From a virus, in the IMG/VR virus record IMGVR_UViG_3300030406_003049, positions 30,948 through 94,947 of that record: a stretch of 64,000 nt of DNA, one strand, 5' to 3'. Shown here one piece after another: positions 19,040 through 28,768 of this stretch (positions within the stretch are counted from its first letter, which is position 1; every line of letters begins with the position of its first letter). The translations under genes were made by a program, and so were the position numbers. Under the pieces are notes generated by a model. That model searched no databases. It saw only the letters and a program-made list of their open reading frames with translations, and was not told where the DNA came from.

Positions 19040-19047
19040 TATTTAAA
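19040..19047 (-). promoter_or_regulatory. Archaeal TATA box for the Ubl operon
   Basis: TTTAAATA on the minus strand about 36 nt upstream of the Ubl ATG, in an intergenic gap. Confidence 0.5.
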
Positions 19048-19101
19048 GCGAGCCTGATTTTAGGCAGGGCTTTGATTAATGAAATTAAATTAATAATCAA
19101 T

Positions 19102-19368
19102 TTAATCTTCACCCCTACCGTTTATTTGTCTTTGCGTGTCATTATCATCAATTTCAAATATTCTTTGTTCCCTCAAATATCCATCTAAAATCATATCAAT
19201 TTTTTCCGGCAGGGCTTCAAAGATACCTAAGATTAATCGTCTATTTAAAGACAACCATATTTTATGTTGAGTATTCAACACAACCTTTGGTTCATCGTCT
19301 TCATTCATTGAAATTACCATTGGAGGTAATTCTATATCTTGCACTATTTTAAATTCTACTTTTCTCAT
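19102..19368 (-). CDS. Hypothetical protein
   Basis: 88-aa ORF with RBS. Confidence 0.55.
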   Translation of the reverse strand: MRKVEFKIVQDIELPPMVISMNEDDEPKVVLNTQHKIWLSLNRRLILGIFEALPEKIDMILDGYLREQRIFEIDDNDTQRQINGRGED

Positions 19369-19380
19369 TTCTATTTCTCC

Positions 19381-19698
19381 TTATACACAATTGAAATACA
19401 TCAGTAATCCTCTAATATCTTTAGATTCTACCATGCTTTCAAGTTCTCTAAAATCACCATAGTATTCTTGTTTGTAGCCTCTTTGCTCATGTAGAATCAT
19501 CATTTTGTTAGTTAATGATTGAATGAGTTTTTGTTTACTAACATTACTAAGCAATTTGTTTATTTTAATCATCAATTCTCTTTCCTCGTATTCTTTCGCC
19601 ATACAATCGGTGCATTGTTCTTTCTGCATAACATCATGTCCTATTGAAAAAACATCTACCCAACCGACTCCATCGCATGTTTCACATTTATATTTCAT
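19381..19698 (-). CDS. Zinc-finger protein
   Basis: CETCDGVG...CTDC. Confidence 0.55.
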   Translation of the reverse strand: MKYKCETCDGVGWVDVFSIGHDVMQKEQCTDCMAKEYEERELMIKINKLLSNVSKQKLIQSLTNKMMILHEQRGYKQEYYGDFRELESMVESKDIRGLLMYFNCV

Positions 19699-19831
19699 TT
19701 GTTATTCCTCTCCTCTCTTAATTCTTCTATTACTTCTAACATCGTATCTAAATCAACATCTATTCCATTCTTTAGTTCTTGCACTTGAGAATGCAACCAT
19801 TCTAATTTGAAGTTAATTACAAAATCATTAC

Positions 19832-20470
19832 TCATTGTTCCACCTTCAATAATTTCAAGTCAGCACCAAATTGTTCATTGAATGCTTTTATTTCTTCATT
19901 GTATTTGATTGCATAATGACTCTTAGGCCACCATTCCGGTGTTCTATCTTGCCTCCATTCAGCAAACTTCCACTTACCTTCAAGGTAATAATGCCTATAA
20001 GAATCAATTACATATTCCCAACAATGTTCACCATACTCGTTATCTATCCTATACTCATCAGCCATAGCAATATCAACGGGTGTTGCTAGTTTAGAATCAC
20101 CATCATACTCTATTGGAGTAGATAATATTCTACTATAAGTCCCATGAGTCTTACCATATCTATATGTGTATTCAGCACACAAAGCAATAGAATGTTCAAA
20201 TAACCACATAGTATTGTGGATATTTTTTCTAGCCCAAATAGTGCTAGGGTGATTAAGCATAGCGGGTTTCATTAGAGTTGATTCTATTTCTTCATGGTAT
20301 TCTTTGAGTCTTCTTAGACTTGGTTCATATCCGTATCTATCAGCAAACTCATTAAACAAAGCATTAGTATGTAGCATTTGACAACTTTCAGTCGGCATCT
20401 TAACTATGTGCTTATCTAACATTTGTTTTGCTGATTCAATCGGGTCTTTTGATAGTGCAAATATATTCAT
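19832..20470 (-). CDS. Pyrimidine-dimer DNA glycosylase (T4 endonuclease V-related) family protein
   Basis: MNIF.L..DP..SA....DKHIVKM..E..QML...NHPSTIWAR...LCAEY..RYGK.H...YRHYY. Confidence 0.75.
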   Translation of the reverse strand: MNIFALSKDPIESAKQMLDKHIVKMPTESCQMLHTNALFNEFADRYGYEPSLRRLKEYHEEIESTLMKPAMLNHPSTIWARKNIHNTMWLFEHSIALCAEYTYRYGKTHGTYSRILSTPIEYDGDSKLATPVDIAMADEYRIDNEYGEHCWEYVIDSYRHYYLEGKWKFAEWRQDRTPEWWPKSHYAIKYNEEIKAFNEQFGADLKLLKVEQ

Positions 20471-20561
20471 TCTTCTTCACCCCTATCATCTTCTAATATT
20501 CCCCATGATACCATAAGTTCAATTAAGTCTTCTTTACTCTTATATTCGCAATCGCTAACCT

Positions 20562-20780
20562 TCATTGTTCAATCCTCTCCTGTTGGCTTTCTAAGGTAAT
20601 TATGGTGTTAATTAGTTGCTCTCTAGCATTGTCATAATTGCCTTCATCTAGGTGCATTAATGCGGCATATACCATACCGATAGTTCCTTTGACTATATCA
20701 TCAATATAGCCTTTCAATCTTTGACATTGTTCATTCAAAGTTTTTTGGACTTCTTCTAATATTTTTTCTTTATCATTCAT
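20562..20780 (-). CDS. Hypothetical protein
   Basis: Coupled small ORF. Confidence 0.5.
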   Translation of the reverse strand: MNDKEKILEEVQKTLNEQCQRLKGYIDDIVKGTIGMVYAALMHLDEGNYDNAREQLINTIITLESQQERIEQ

Positions 20781-21016
20781 TTTTTCTCACCTTGTAATTC
20801 TTTCATGTGTTCAACTATACTTTCTCTTGAAGTATCATACCCACATGATGTGCATTGAATAGATGGTGGTTCGCCATCGTTAGTCCATTCCCTTAGAACA
20901 TGACCGTCAAACTCTAAGTCGCCATCATCATTCATATACACAGAATAGTGTTGAAATACGCATTCAACAGATACCATGTTTTCTTTACCGCACATAGGGC
21001 ATACTAATTCTTTCAT
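20777..21016 (-). CDS. Zn-ribbon protein
   Basis: CPMCG...CTSCG. Confidence 0.55.
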   Translation of the reverse strand: MKELVCPMCGKENMVSVECVFQHYSVYMNDDGDLEFDGHVLREWTNDGEPPSIQCTSCGYDTSRESIVEHMKELQGEKK

Positions 21017-21234
21017 TCAATCACCTTCTTTTGTGTCCAGTATTGGTAAGATAACAAAGCCAAAAGCATTCCATTGTAATTAATAGGGCTACAATTCTCT
21101 TTGAAATGATTTAATCCCATATCTAATGCTTCCGTTGCTCTCTTTAGATACTCGGTCTTTGTTTCTTTATCGGTTGCATCAAATACATTACCAAAACCAT
21201 CTTCTAGTATTTTCCATATTTCTTCTTCATTCAT
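21013..21234 (-). CDS. Hypothetical protein
   Basis: Coupled small ORF. Confidence 0.5.
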   Translation of the reverse strand: MNEEEIWKILEDGFGNVFDATDKETKTEYLKRATEALDMGLNHFKENCSPINYNGMLLALLSYQYWTQKKVIE

Positions 21235-21236
21235 TT

Positions 21237-21464
21237 TTATTTTCCCTCCTCATTCCAAACAACATTGTTCCAATCTTCGTCTGTCCAATGGTCTGTTAAT
21301 TGTTCATATCTAGCATATATACGATTAAGTTCTTTACGCAAGCGTTGGACTTGTGCAAGTGCTTTTTGATATTCTGCAAATATGAATGCTTGAAAAGAAC
21401 CCATTGGTTCTTCCATCAACACCCATTCTTCATAGGCTTGTTCGTGTTTGTCTATGTCAGTCAT
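21237..21464 (-). CDS. Hypothetical protein
   Basis: Small ORF with GGAG RBS. Confidence 0.5.
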   Translation of the reverse strand: MTDIDKHEQAYEEWVLMEEPMGSFQAFIFAEYQKALAQVQRLRKELNRIYARYEQLTDHWTDEDWNNVVWNEEGK

Positions 21465-21806
21465 TTAATCATCTCCTGTTTAGATAACTCATAGGCTTTG
21501 TATGGGGATATTCCCGAAGCCGTAAGTATTCTACATATTCCTATTCTTTTTTCTTCCATAGAAACAAGCCTGTTTAGATATTCGGGCTTATATAATCTAT
21601 GATTTATTGTTGGTATTACATCTTTCATTTTCATTTTTATTCCTCTCTTTTAAGTAATTCTTGAGTTATCGCTTGCATCAGTGAAAACTCGTATTTACAA
21701 TCAAATCTAAGTTGATTGTAAAGACTCAACAAAGTTTCACTTTCCATAGTGAGTATCTCAAATTTATTCGGTAGCGTTGAATACATATCTCTTACAAATT
21801 TCATTT

Positions 21807-22046
21807 TTATTCCTCCTTTACTGCGGGTGGTATGTAGTCTTTGTCATATATCTCAAATAGTTCTATATGACAATGACTACATAGTTGGACTAGAATATTG
21901 TTTTCTGTTTCTTCTAGTTCTATAGTTTTGATTTCCATAAATACCATATGTGAAGCCATTAGACCGCACTTATAGCATTTAGGAACTTTCTCTTTTTGTT
22001 CTTTTACAAAGAACTTCTTTATCCAGTCAAACAACTCAATCACCAA
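21807..22046 (-). CDS. Zinc-finger protein
   Basis: CYKC...LCSHC. Confidence 0.5.
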   Translation of the reverse strand: MVIELFDWIKKFFVKEQKEKVPKCYKCGLMASHMVFMEIKTIELEETENNILVQLCSHCHIELFEIYDKDYIPPAVKEE

Positions 22047-22049
22047 GAA

Positions 22050-22238
22050 TCATATTTGACCCTTGAAGAATTTTTTGTAGGCTTCAATAAACTTTCTTGC
22101 TCTTAGATGTTTATTATCATCAAGAAACTTATCAAATTCTTTTATTAGCCCAACAAGATATTCCCCATCTTTATTCAAATCTTCTTTCGGCTTAGAGCGT
22201 GTCTGTCTCTTATTGTTAGTTTTCTTCTTTTGTGTCAT
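22050..22238 (-). CDS. Hypothetical basic protein
   Basis: Coupled 62-aa ORF. Confidence 0.45.
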   Translation of the reverse strand: MTQKKKTNNKRQTRSKPKEDLNKDGEYLVGLIKEFDKFLDDNKHLRARKFIEAYKKFFKGQI

Positions 22239-23614
22239 TGTTTCTCACCATCAAAAGTCCCATAATTATTCTTATTAGAAATTAGAATACTTGCTTGCCT
22301 CTTTGCTATCGTAGTCAAATCGCCCTTATAGCCTAAAGACTTCAAATATTCTACTTGCTTATGAGTAGCAGGTTCATTAGTGCAAATACTCTTAAGTCGT
22401 TGTAGTTGATTTGGTGTTAAGTCAGTTCCTCTAGCAAGTTTATTTCTAAGGTCTATTAAGAAACCGGATTCCCATACAGAAATGGGGTAGTTTCCATCAA
22501 ATACCGGAAGTCCGTAGTAATCACACATGTTCTTAAATTCACTAATCTCATTGTTGTTAAACATGGACAAATCATTCAAAGTTTTCCTGTCCTGTAGAAG
22601 TTTATCAGCATTGTCAATTTTAGCCTGTGCCTTTTGCTCGGCTTCTCTAATCTTGCGTTCTTCTTCTCTTTTCGCTCTTTCTTCTCTAGCAATTCTTTGT
22701 CTTTCAGCAAATCTTTGTTGGGCTTCTTCCCTTCTTTTTCGTTCTGCTTCTTCCCTTTGCTTTTTCTTGACTGTCATTTCAGCAAGTCTAGCATCTTCGG
22801 CTTCTAATACACGCTTATGTTTTATATCATACATAGCATGAAAATAATTTAAGTCAGCCCATAGTTTATCATTAGGATAGCCTCTAGTTATTTGTTGATT
22901 CTTAGGATTGTTAGGGTGATTCCATCTCCATGTTATTGAAGACATTTGGTAATTAGCATCACCCATTTTACCACTACCTCTCTTTAAGATTTGAAGTCTG
23001 TATTTATATCTGCTATCAGTATAACACCAATACATATCTTTACGCTTACTATTAATTCTCAAGTCAGCCTCTTTGATTTTATCAAACATTTGAGTAAAGT
23101 GTTCGCCATGTTTATCCCACCAAGCGGTAGCAATCATAGATTGAGTTCTTTCATCAATCCACTTTTGAATCATCTCGTCGGTAATGTATTCCTCACTTAG
23201 TCCCGTTCTTTCCTTAATTTCTCTAAGGATAAGATAAGAACCGATGTGTTCACTACCTACGCATTCTTCATTACCATTCTCGGTGTTTCTAATTTTAAAA
23301 TGATAGACAACTCTATGTCCACAAAGACATTTACCCTCATGCTCATTTACCCATGATGGGACTTCTTCATCTAAAGTGTCCGGTCTTCTAAACCACACTT
23401 CTCCGGTAGCAATCCATTCTTCTTTTGCTTCTTCGTAGTTGTCTGCGTTAGATAATGCTACCATGTTAGCCATTAGTTTTCTATCCCAATGTCCATCACC
23501 TAGACTTCTTTTGAACTTGATAGTTCCATCGCTATTCATATAACTCTCGCTACTTAATTCTTCTTCTCTTTCCATTTTTATTCCTCCAAATTCAGTTTTT
23601 TGGGCGTGGCCCAC
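22235..23614 (-). CDS. Zn-binding/coiled-coil hypothetical protein (likely start MEREEE near 23575)
   Basis: CLCGH...CVGSEH, charged coiled coil, C-terminal ATHKQVEYLKSLG. Confidence 0.6.
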   Translation of the reverse strand: MGHAQKTEFGGIKMEREEELSSESYMNSDGTIKFKRSLGDGHWDRKLMANMVALSNADNYEEAKEEWIATGEVWFRRPDTLDEEVPSWVNEHEGKCLCGHRVVYHFKIRNTENGNEECVGSEHIGSYLILREIKERTGLSEEYITDEMIQKWIDERTQSMIATAWWDKHGEHFTQMFDKIKEADLRINSKRKDMYWCYTDSRYKYRLQILKRGSGKMGDANYQMSSITWRWNHPNNPKNQQITRGYPNDKLWADLNYFHAMYDIKHKRVLEAEDARLAEMTVKKKQREEAERKRREEAQQRFAERQRIAREERAKREEERKIREAEQKAQAKIDNADKLLQDRKTLNDLSMFNNNEISEFKNMCDYYGLPVFDGNYPISVWESGFLIDLRNKLARGTDLTPNQLQRLKSICTNEPATHKQVEYLKSLGYKGDLTTIAKRQASILISNKNNYGTFDGEKQ

Positions 23615-25025
23615 AATAATATAGATTTCTCTTTGCTCTTGTTATAGCAACATAACAAATGTTTCTTTCCTCTTGCATATTAGATGCTTTAGGGTGAGGC
23701 ATTCTTTCAGTTGCTAGAATAAACACATTATCTGCTTCAAGACCTTTAGCCTTGTGAACAGTTGATAGTTGAATATCTCCTTTTGATTTACTGTTAAACA
23801 GTCTTTCAATTTCTGTGATTATTCCACCAACAAATTCAGCCTTTGATGCAAATATCTTAACACATTCATATTTGTCAGTTAGTGTGTTTGCTTGATTTTG
23901 CTTTTCAGCCTTAACCAACTTGTTGTATTCAGCAGTATAGTTAGTGTTAAGCAATTCAAGGAAATCACTTGAGGTCATTCCTTTGTTCTTGGTAATTTTA
24001 TTTACATAGTTTACCAAACCTTTGTGCATATCTCTACCTAGAATGTAGGCTGATTTACCTTGAGTAATTAAATCATAAAATGCACTAACTAGTGGTGCAT
24101 TATATCTACACAAAACCATATCTCCCTTTTGTGGGTTTAGATATGCGTTTACATGAACATTACCAGTTTCAGCAGTTTCTAAACAATTGAAATCTTTGAC
24201 ATATCTGTTTGCTTCTGCAACTACTAACTTAGGACATCTCCATGTTAGAGTTAATCCAAACTCTACAACAGTTTTACCCTTCGCTTCTAGTTGATTCTTG
24301 AAGATAGCAATACTTCCGCTATCTGCTCCTCTAAAGCCATAAATAGCCTGATTCTTGTCTCCAACAATAATACATCTACCGTTTTTCGTGCAAGCCAAAA
24401 CTAGTTGTCTTTGCATTTCATTGAAGTCTTGTGCTTCATCAACAAATAGAATATCAAATTGAGGTAGAGGCATGTCCATTACCAATGGTAGCCAAATCAT
24501 ATCATCAAAGTCTATCTCGTTTGTTATGAGTTTACATTCGTCAAGTATTTGACATACTGCACCAACTCCCATTACTTCTTCACGGTCATTAGCGAACTCA
24601 ATATTGTATTCGTCAATCAACTTATAGATTTCTTTTTCATCGGTGCAATCAATCATTGAACCCTTGACTAAACTAATTAGTTTGACAAGTGGTTGTGCTT
24701 GATAATCACGGCCAAAGATACCATCAATGATATTCTTTACTTTCCAGTTGTTTACTCTAGTGTTGCCTACTGCATCTCTAACTGCTTTCATACCTAGTGC
24801 ATGAAATGTCTTTGCTTCTACATGTTCGGGTAGTCTTTCAGCAAGTTCAGTTGCGATAGATTTGTTAAATGCTAAGAATCCCATTCTTGGGGCATTTGCT
24901 CTATTAGCACCTTCTACGATTGTGAAAGTCTTACCTGTTCCTGCACCGGCATTGACTATTACATCATTATCAGTATTCACTATTTCATTCCATATTTTTT
25001 CTTGTTCTTCTGTTCCTTTTATCAT
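23592..25025 (-). CDS. UvrD/Rep-like superfamily 1 helicase
   Basis: AGAGTGKT, LAFNKSIA.EL, VDEAQD, VGD.NQAIYGFRGA, STVHKAKGLE, YVAITRAK. Confidence 0.92.
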   Translation of the reverse strand: MIKGTEEQEKIWNEIVNTDNDVIVNAGAGTGKTFTIVEGANRANAPRMGFLAFNKSIATELAERLPEHVEAKTFHALGMKAVRDAVGNTRVNNWKVKNIIDGIFGRDYQAQPLVKLISLVKGSMIDCTDEKEIYKLIDEYNIEFANDREEVMGVGAVCQILDECKLITNEIDFDDMIWLPLVMDMPLPQFDILFVDEAQDFNEMQRQLVLACTKNGRCIIVGDKNQAIYGFRGADSGSIAIFKNQLEAKGKTVVEFGLTLTWRCPKLVVAEANRYVKDFNCLETAETGNVHVNAYLNPQKGDMVLCRYNAPLVSAFYDLITQGKSAYILGRDMHKGLVNYVNKITKNKGMTSSDFLELLNTNYTAEYNKLVKAEKQNQANTLTDKYECVKIFASKAEFVGGIITEIERLFNSKSKGDIQLSTVHKAKGLEADNVFILATERMPHPKASNMQEERNICYVAITRAKRNLYYCGPRPKN

Positions 25026-25039
25026 TTTTATTCACCATT

Positions 25040-25320
25040 TTTATTTCGGGTGGAGTGCGAGGTGGCCGACTAAATATAAGCATCACATGTTCCCCCCGAA
25101 ACATGGTAAATTATTAGAGAGCGAGGTGATATAAAATTCTCTCTCACAATAAACTTCATTGTTGCGCCTTGCTTTATTATCTAGCCGACCATTTGAAACA
25201 CTTAACAGTAGATAGTCAAACTATCACCGTTAAATGTGAGGGGCGAAGTCGGATTCCGACCTCATCAAAGAGGGGGTGGATAGTATATAAAGGGGGGGCG
25301 AAACCTCCCGACCCTTGATT
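25040..25320. ncRNA. Structured non-coding region (probable long 5' leader of the helicase or separate small RNA)
   Basis: GC-richer than the genome; several hairpins (CATGT..ACATG, GAGAG..CTCTC, GATAGT..ACTATC, GTCGGA..TCCGAC); TATA-like CTTTATATAC on the minus strand near 25283-25292. Confidence 0.4.
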
Positions 25321-25339
25321 TTTAACGGAGATAGTAAAA

Positions 25340-25810
25340 TTACTCGTCTTCAACGGGCGTTAGCCCTGCTACCGTTCCGTCCCACTTCCCATCTCGGAAC
25401 TCTTTTTTGAGCCTCGTCATTAGTCGCTTTTTGTTCGCATTGGCGAACTCTTTGTTTGTCTTATAGAAGCCACCGCCTGATTTCTTATGTCTTGGCGTGA
25501 TGAATCTAATCACAGGGTCATGCTCCATGTAGTCAAGCGAAGCCGAAAACATCTTCTTGCCTAATTGCTCTACCACTACCCTTACTTTAGCGGGAAGGTC
25601 GCTCTTGTTTCCTTTGTGAAAGGGTGTCCCTTCCTTGTCTTTCAGCAAAGCCTTCATTGACTTTACAACACCATCTCTTGCCTTTTCATCATTTTGCCCT
25701 ACTTCAAGGTTCAACTTCAAGACTTGAATTAGTCCACTTGAAATGTCAGCCCCCGAATCTAGGTATTCTTCCACATCTAACTTAATGTGAGTCCATGTAT
25801 TGTCGTCCAT
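25340..25810 (-). CDS. Early-region paralog family member A
   Basis: Shares S.LP..V, KSGGG.F/Y and W[DN]G with 27702-28160 and 29174-29668. Confidence 0.7.
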   Translation of the reverse strand: MDDNTWTHIKLDVEEYLDSGADISSGLIQVLKLNLEVGQNDEKARDGVVKSMKALLKDKEGTPFHKGNKSDLPAKVRVVVEQLGKKMFSASLDYMEHDPVIRFITPRHKKSGGGFYKTNKEFANANKKRLMTRLKKEFRDGKWDGTVAGLTPVEDE

Positions 25811-26004
25811 TAATTCATCTACAGGTCATTGACATATAAAACAGGCTTTAATCATTAAAATGAAAAAATAGGGGTGAGTATTGTTATCAAACTTTACATT
25901 ACATTTTAAAATAAATCAATTAACACTATTCTCCTTAATTTAAGCACTAATGAAGTTTATGTGACTACAAACCTGCACCACAAAGTAAAGTGTGTTTGTA
26001 TAGA

Positions 26005-26410
26005 CGACAAATTTTCCGACACGATAACGACACCCCTAAACGGGCAACTGCGCCTTAAACGACATTTGCGACATTTGCGACACCCCCCTAGAATATATTG
26101 GGGAGAATAACTATGAAGATTCTTAATAATAAATTAGAGGGGGAGAGGGGTTAAGATAGAAGGGGTGTCGTTATTGTCGTATTGTCGGTAATAATATATT
26201 ATTATTAATAATATTAATAATAAATTAATTACTATCAAGAATCTTACTAGTAAATATGCGACACTTTTACCGACACCCCCTGCCTCTATCCTGTCGCCTA
26301 TCCGATTCTTCTATATTATATACTATACAATATGAATATTTCAATAAATATAGGTAATACATTATACATTCAATTGAAAGTGATACTATCAAAGTGTCGT
26401 ATATCTGTCG
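26005..26410. repeat. CGACA iteron cluster around an AT-rich core; putative replication origin
   Basis: 8 CGACA and 6 TGTCG copies, several extended to CGACACCCC; pure A/T tract about 26189-26231. Confidence 0.6.
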
Positions 26411-26504
26411 CTAACATGTCATACACAATTGAGAGCCTATGGATATAAATAGACTTGGTTTACTTTGGAAACCCACAGACAAAATAAAATTTTTGAAAAT
26501 GAGA

Positions 26505-26534
26505 GGCGGATTTGAGTTTTATTTCAAATCCGCC
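26505..26534 (-). terminator. 11-bp hairpin at the end of the cassette array
   Basis: GGCGGATTTGA-N8-TCAAATCCGCC followed by T-rich sequence on the minus strand. Confidence 0.55.
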
Positions 26535-26568
26535 CCTCTAGCAATATTCAACAGAACTATTGTTGAAT

Positions 26569-26694
26569 TTAATCGTGCTTATCGTAGGTGTTCTTGTAGA
26601 AGTCGTCTGTTGTTCTACAGTGATAACATTCACTTACCTTATCACTTATTCGCTTACTACAAGTGTTGCATCTATTTTGCTTCCTAAACTTCAT
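26569..26694 (-). CDS. Zn-finger microprotein (41 aa)
   Basis: Manual translation MKFRKQNRCNTCSKRISDKVSECYHCRTT...; ATGA overlap with the upstream stop. Confidence 0.55.
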   Translation of the reverse strand: MKFRKQNRCNTCSKRISDKVSECYHCRTTDDFYKNTYDKHD

Positions 26695-27440
26695 TGGTTT
26701 CTAGCCTCCCTTGTCATTTTTACAATGTCGGGTGTGCATTTGCTTTCATTGAGAGTAATTGCTTTGAAATTACAATCAATTTCAACATTATCAACATCAT
26801 ATCCGAATTGTTTTGTCTTCAAGACCCTTTCAACTACGCTTTGGACTTTACCAAGTATTTCAAGTGGGAAAGCCACCATGTATTCTTCAATTGTTTCCTT
26901 TCTTTGGACTGTTTCACAACTCCAAAATGTTTTGAAAATCAACTCCATACCACCATAGTTATTTTCAAGTTCTATTCTAATTTTAACCCCATTATCCAAA
27001 ACAATTCTATTATCTCTTTCAATTTCCTTAAAGTTAAATAGACTATTTTCTGTCGGTGGATAAGTATAGTATTGTGTTTCATCAAAAGCAGGAACTAAAT
27101 AATCACCTTTTGGTTGAACCCAATCTTTCTTAGTGGTTTCACTTACTATTCTATCAGTGCTTACATTTTCAAATTTATTTGACAAACCTTCAACTATTTC
27201 ATTTGCAGTTGAAATGTATTGAACAGTAAAGATTAGTTCATCATCAATGTATATACCATGTCTTGTTGATTTCTTAGTTATGGTATTATAACCGTATTCG
27301 GGAACTTCGCCCCAATAGGTTGTCATCATTGTCAAACCTTTCTTTTGTAGTTGATGAGCCAACTTTGCTTCTTCTTTTTGATTGAGTCTTTCATCATGCT
27401 CATATCGTATTTTCATAGTTCTATTATATTCTATCGCCAT
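26691..27440 (-). CDS. Early cassette hypothetical protein
   Basis: 249 aa; own TATA box and GGAGGT RBS. Confidence 0.7.
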   Translation of the reverse strand: MAIEYNRTMKIRYEHDERLNQKEEAKLAHQLQKKGLTMMTTYWGEVPEYGYNTITKKSTRHGIYIDDELIFTVQYISTANEIVEGLSNKFENVSTDRIVSETTKKDWVQPKGDYLVPAFDETQYYTYPPTENSLFNFKEIERDNRIVLDNGVKIRIELENNYGGMELIFKTFWSCETVQRKETIEEYMVAFPLEILGKVQSVVERVLKTKQFGYDVDNVEIDCNFKAITLNESKCTPDIVKMTREARNQ

Positions 27441-27474
27441 AGTTAATAACCTCCAATGATAATATGTTAGGTTA

Positions 27475-27563
27475 GTATATATCGTGGGTTCTCAAAGTAA
27501 ACCATATGGTTGTTTCACTATTACTTTTGTTGTCGTAGACTAGTAGAAACAACCTTAAAAAAA
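27475..27563 (-). repeat. Cassette junction repeat R1 (T-tract, bulged hairpin, ACCATATGGT, TATA)
   Basis: GTATATA 27475; palindrome 27501-27510; GGTTGTTTC...GAAACAACC 27508-27554; TTAAAAAAA. Confidence 0.85.
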
Positions 27564-27572
27564 GGGCGAAGA

Positions 27573-27652
27573 CACCCGCTAAGATTGTGTTTTTTCCTAT
27601 CTCATAAGAAGTGCTTTTCCCTGCACTATATGAGTTTCCGTCTTAGCGGGTG
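27573..27652 (-). ncRNA. Long 3'-UTR stem-loop of paralog B transcript
   Basis: CACCCGCTAAGA/TCTTAGCGGGTG enclosing CTCATA/TATGAG and AGTGC/GCACT. Confidence 0.5.
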
Positions 27653-27701
27653 CTTGCGTGAGTTTGGCGCAACAATGGGTTGTTTTGTGGCTCTAACGGG
27701 T

Positions 27702-28160
27702 TTATTCGGTAGCCTCCGTTATGGCTACGGGAAGTGAACCGTCCCAAGTTTTATTGTTGTAGTGTTGTCGTAGTTTTCCGGCAGTCATGTTAGCCATCAT
27801 TGTCGCATATTCGTCAGCGTCAGCGAATAGACCGCCACCGGACTTACCATGCTTGAAGATAACCGAACTAACCGAGCCGTGATTGTAAAAGTTAGTTGAT
27901 GCTTCTACAATTTCTGCTTTGATAGCGTTGATTGATGCTTGCACATTCTCCGGTAGAGTAGAGCGTGAAGGTAGTAAGTCGTCAAGGCTCATAGCCTTAA
28001 CCAATGCTCTAATACTAGCCCAAAATTGGTCTGCTGATTTTTCATCAGTAGCCTCAAGTCCGGCCTTGATTGTGTTCTCAAGTGCCGCATTCTTGATTTT
28101 CTGTGCTTTCATGTTTGCTTGTAATCCTGTCATTCTGCTTAATGTTCTTTCTAAATCCAT
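27702..28160 (-). CDS. Early-region paralog family member B
   Basis: QFWASIRAL, STLPENVQ, KSGGGLF, WDG. Confidence 0.75.
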   Translation of the reverse strand: MDLERTLSRMTGLQANMKAQKIKNAALENTIKAGLEATDEKSADQFWASIRALVKAMSLDDLLPSRSTLPENVQASINAIKAEIVEASTNFYNHGSVSSVIFKHGKSGGGLFADADEYATMMANMTAGKLRQHYNNKTWDGSLPVAITEATE

Positions 28161-28225
28161 ATTTTTTCATCTCCTGTGTTTTACCACTACTCCAACCCAT
28201 TGAAGCAATAATAAGTGGGTTCATA

Positions 28226-28321
28226 GTATATATTGGGGTTCAACAAAAGCAACACCATATGGTTGCATCAATAGTTCTTTTTGAATTAAGCATAGCGTTA
28301 TTAGATGCAACCTTAAAAAAA
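28226..28321 (-). repeat. Cassette junction repeat R2
   Basis: Palindrome 28254-28263; GGTTGCATC...GATGCAACC 28261-28312. Confidence 0.85.
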
Positions 28322-28324
28322 GGG

Positions 28325-28360
28325 AAAAACTCCCCAAATCCTAAGAAATGGGGAGTTTTT
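28325..28360 (-). terminator. Cassette terminator hairpin
   Basis: AAAAACTCCCCA-N12-TGGGGAGTTTTT, then a T-tract on the minus strand. Confidence 0.6.
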
Positions 28361-28377
28361 TTGACCGAGTGTGATGG

Positions 28378-28749
28378 TTAGAAGTAGTCCATGTATGAGG
28401 CAATATACTTTGGCTTTCCGTCCCACGCTTCACCGTTTACATACCATTGAAAATCCTTTTGATGGATATTAACTCCATTAAATCCGTTCAATCTTTCTTT
28501 TGTGGTGTTAGTTGGCCAACCTGCCGAAGTAATCCACAATTTCTTGAAATAATATCTATCACCAAAAGAACTAGGAACTGTATGTTTTGGATATACACAT
28601 TCGTTGTATGCTATAACATTCCCATGTAATAACAATTCAATTTTTTCTGGTTTTTCAGTTGGCCCACATACTCTAACTTGAGTATTACCTTTTTTGAATT
28701 TCTTTCCCTTTTCAAATGCTCTTAATGCTTCATAAGTTATCTTTCGCAT
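28378..28749 (-). CDS. Conserved phage early protein (leaderless)
   Basis: LHGNVIA...AGWPTNTTKERLN...QKDFQWYV motif; ATG about 20 nt from the TATA box. Confidence 0.7.
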   Translation of the reverse strand: MRKITYEALRAFEKGKKFKKGNTQVRVCGPTEKPEKIELLLHGNVIAYNECVYPKHTVPSSFGDRYYFKKLWITSAGWPTNTTKERLNGFNGVNIHQKDFQWYVNGEAWDGKPKYIASYMDYF

Positions 28750-28768
28750 ATTACTATAATGTTAATTA

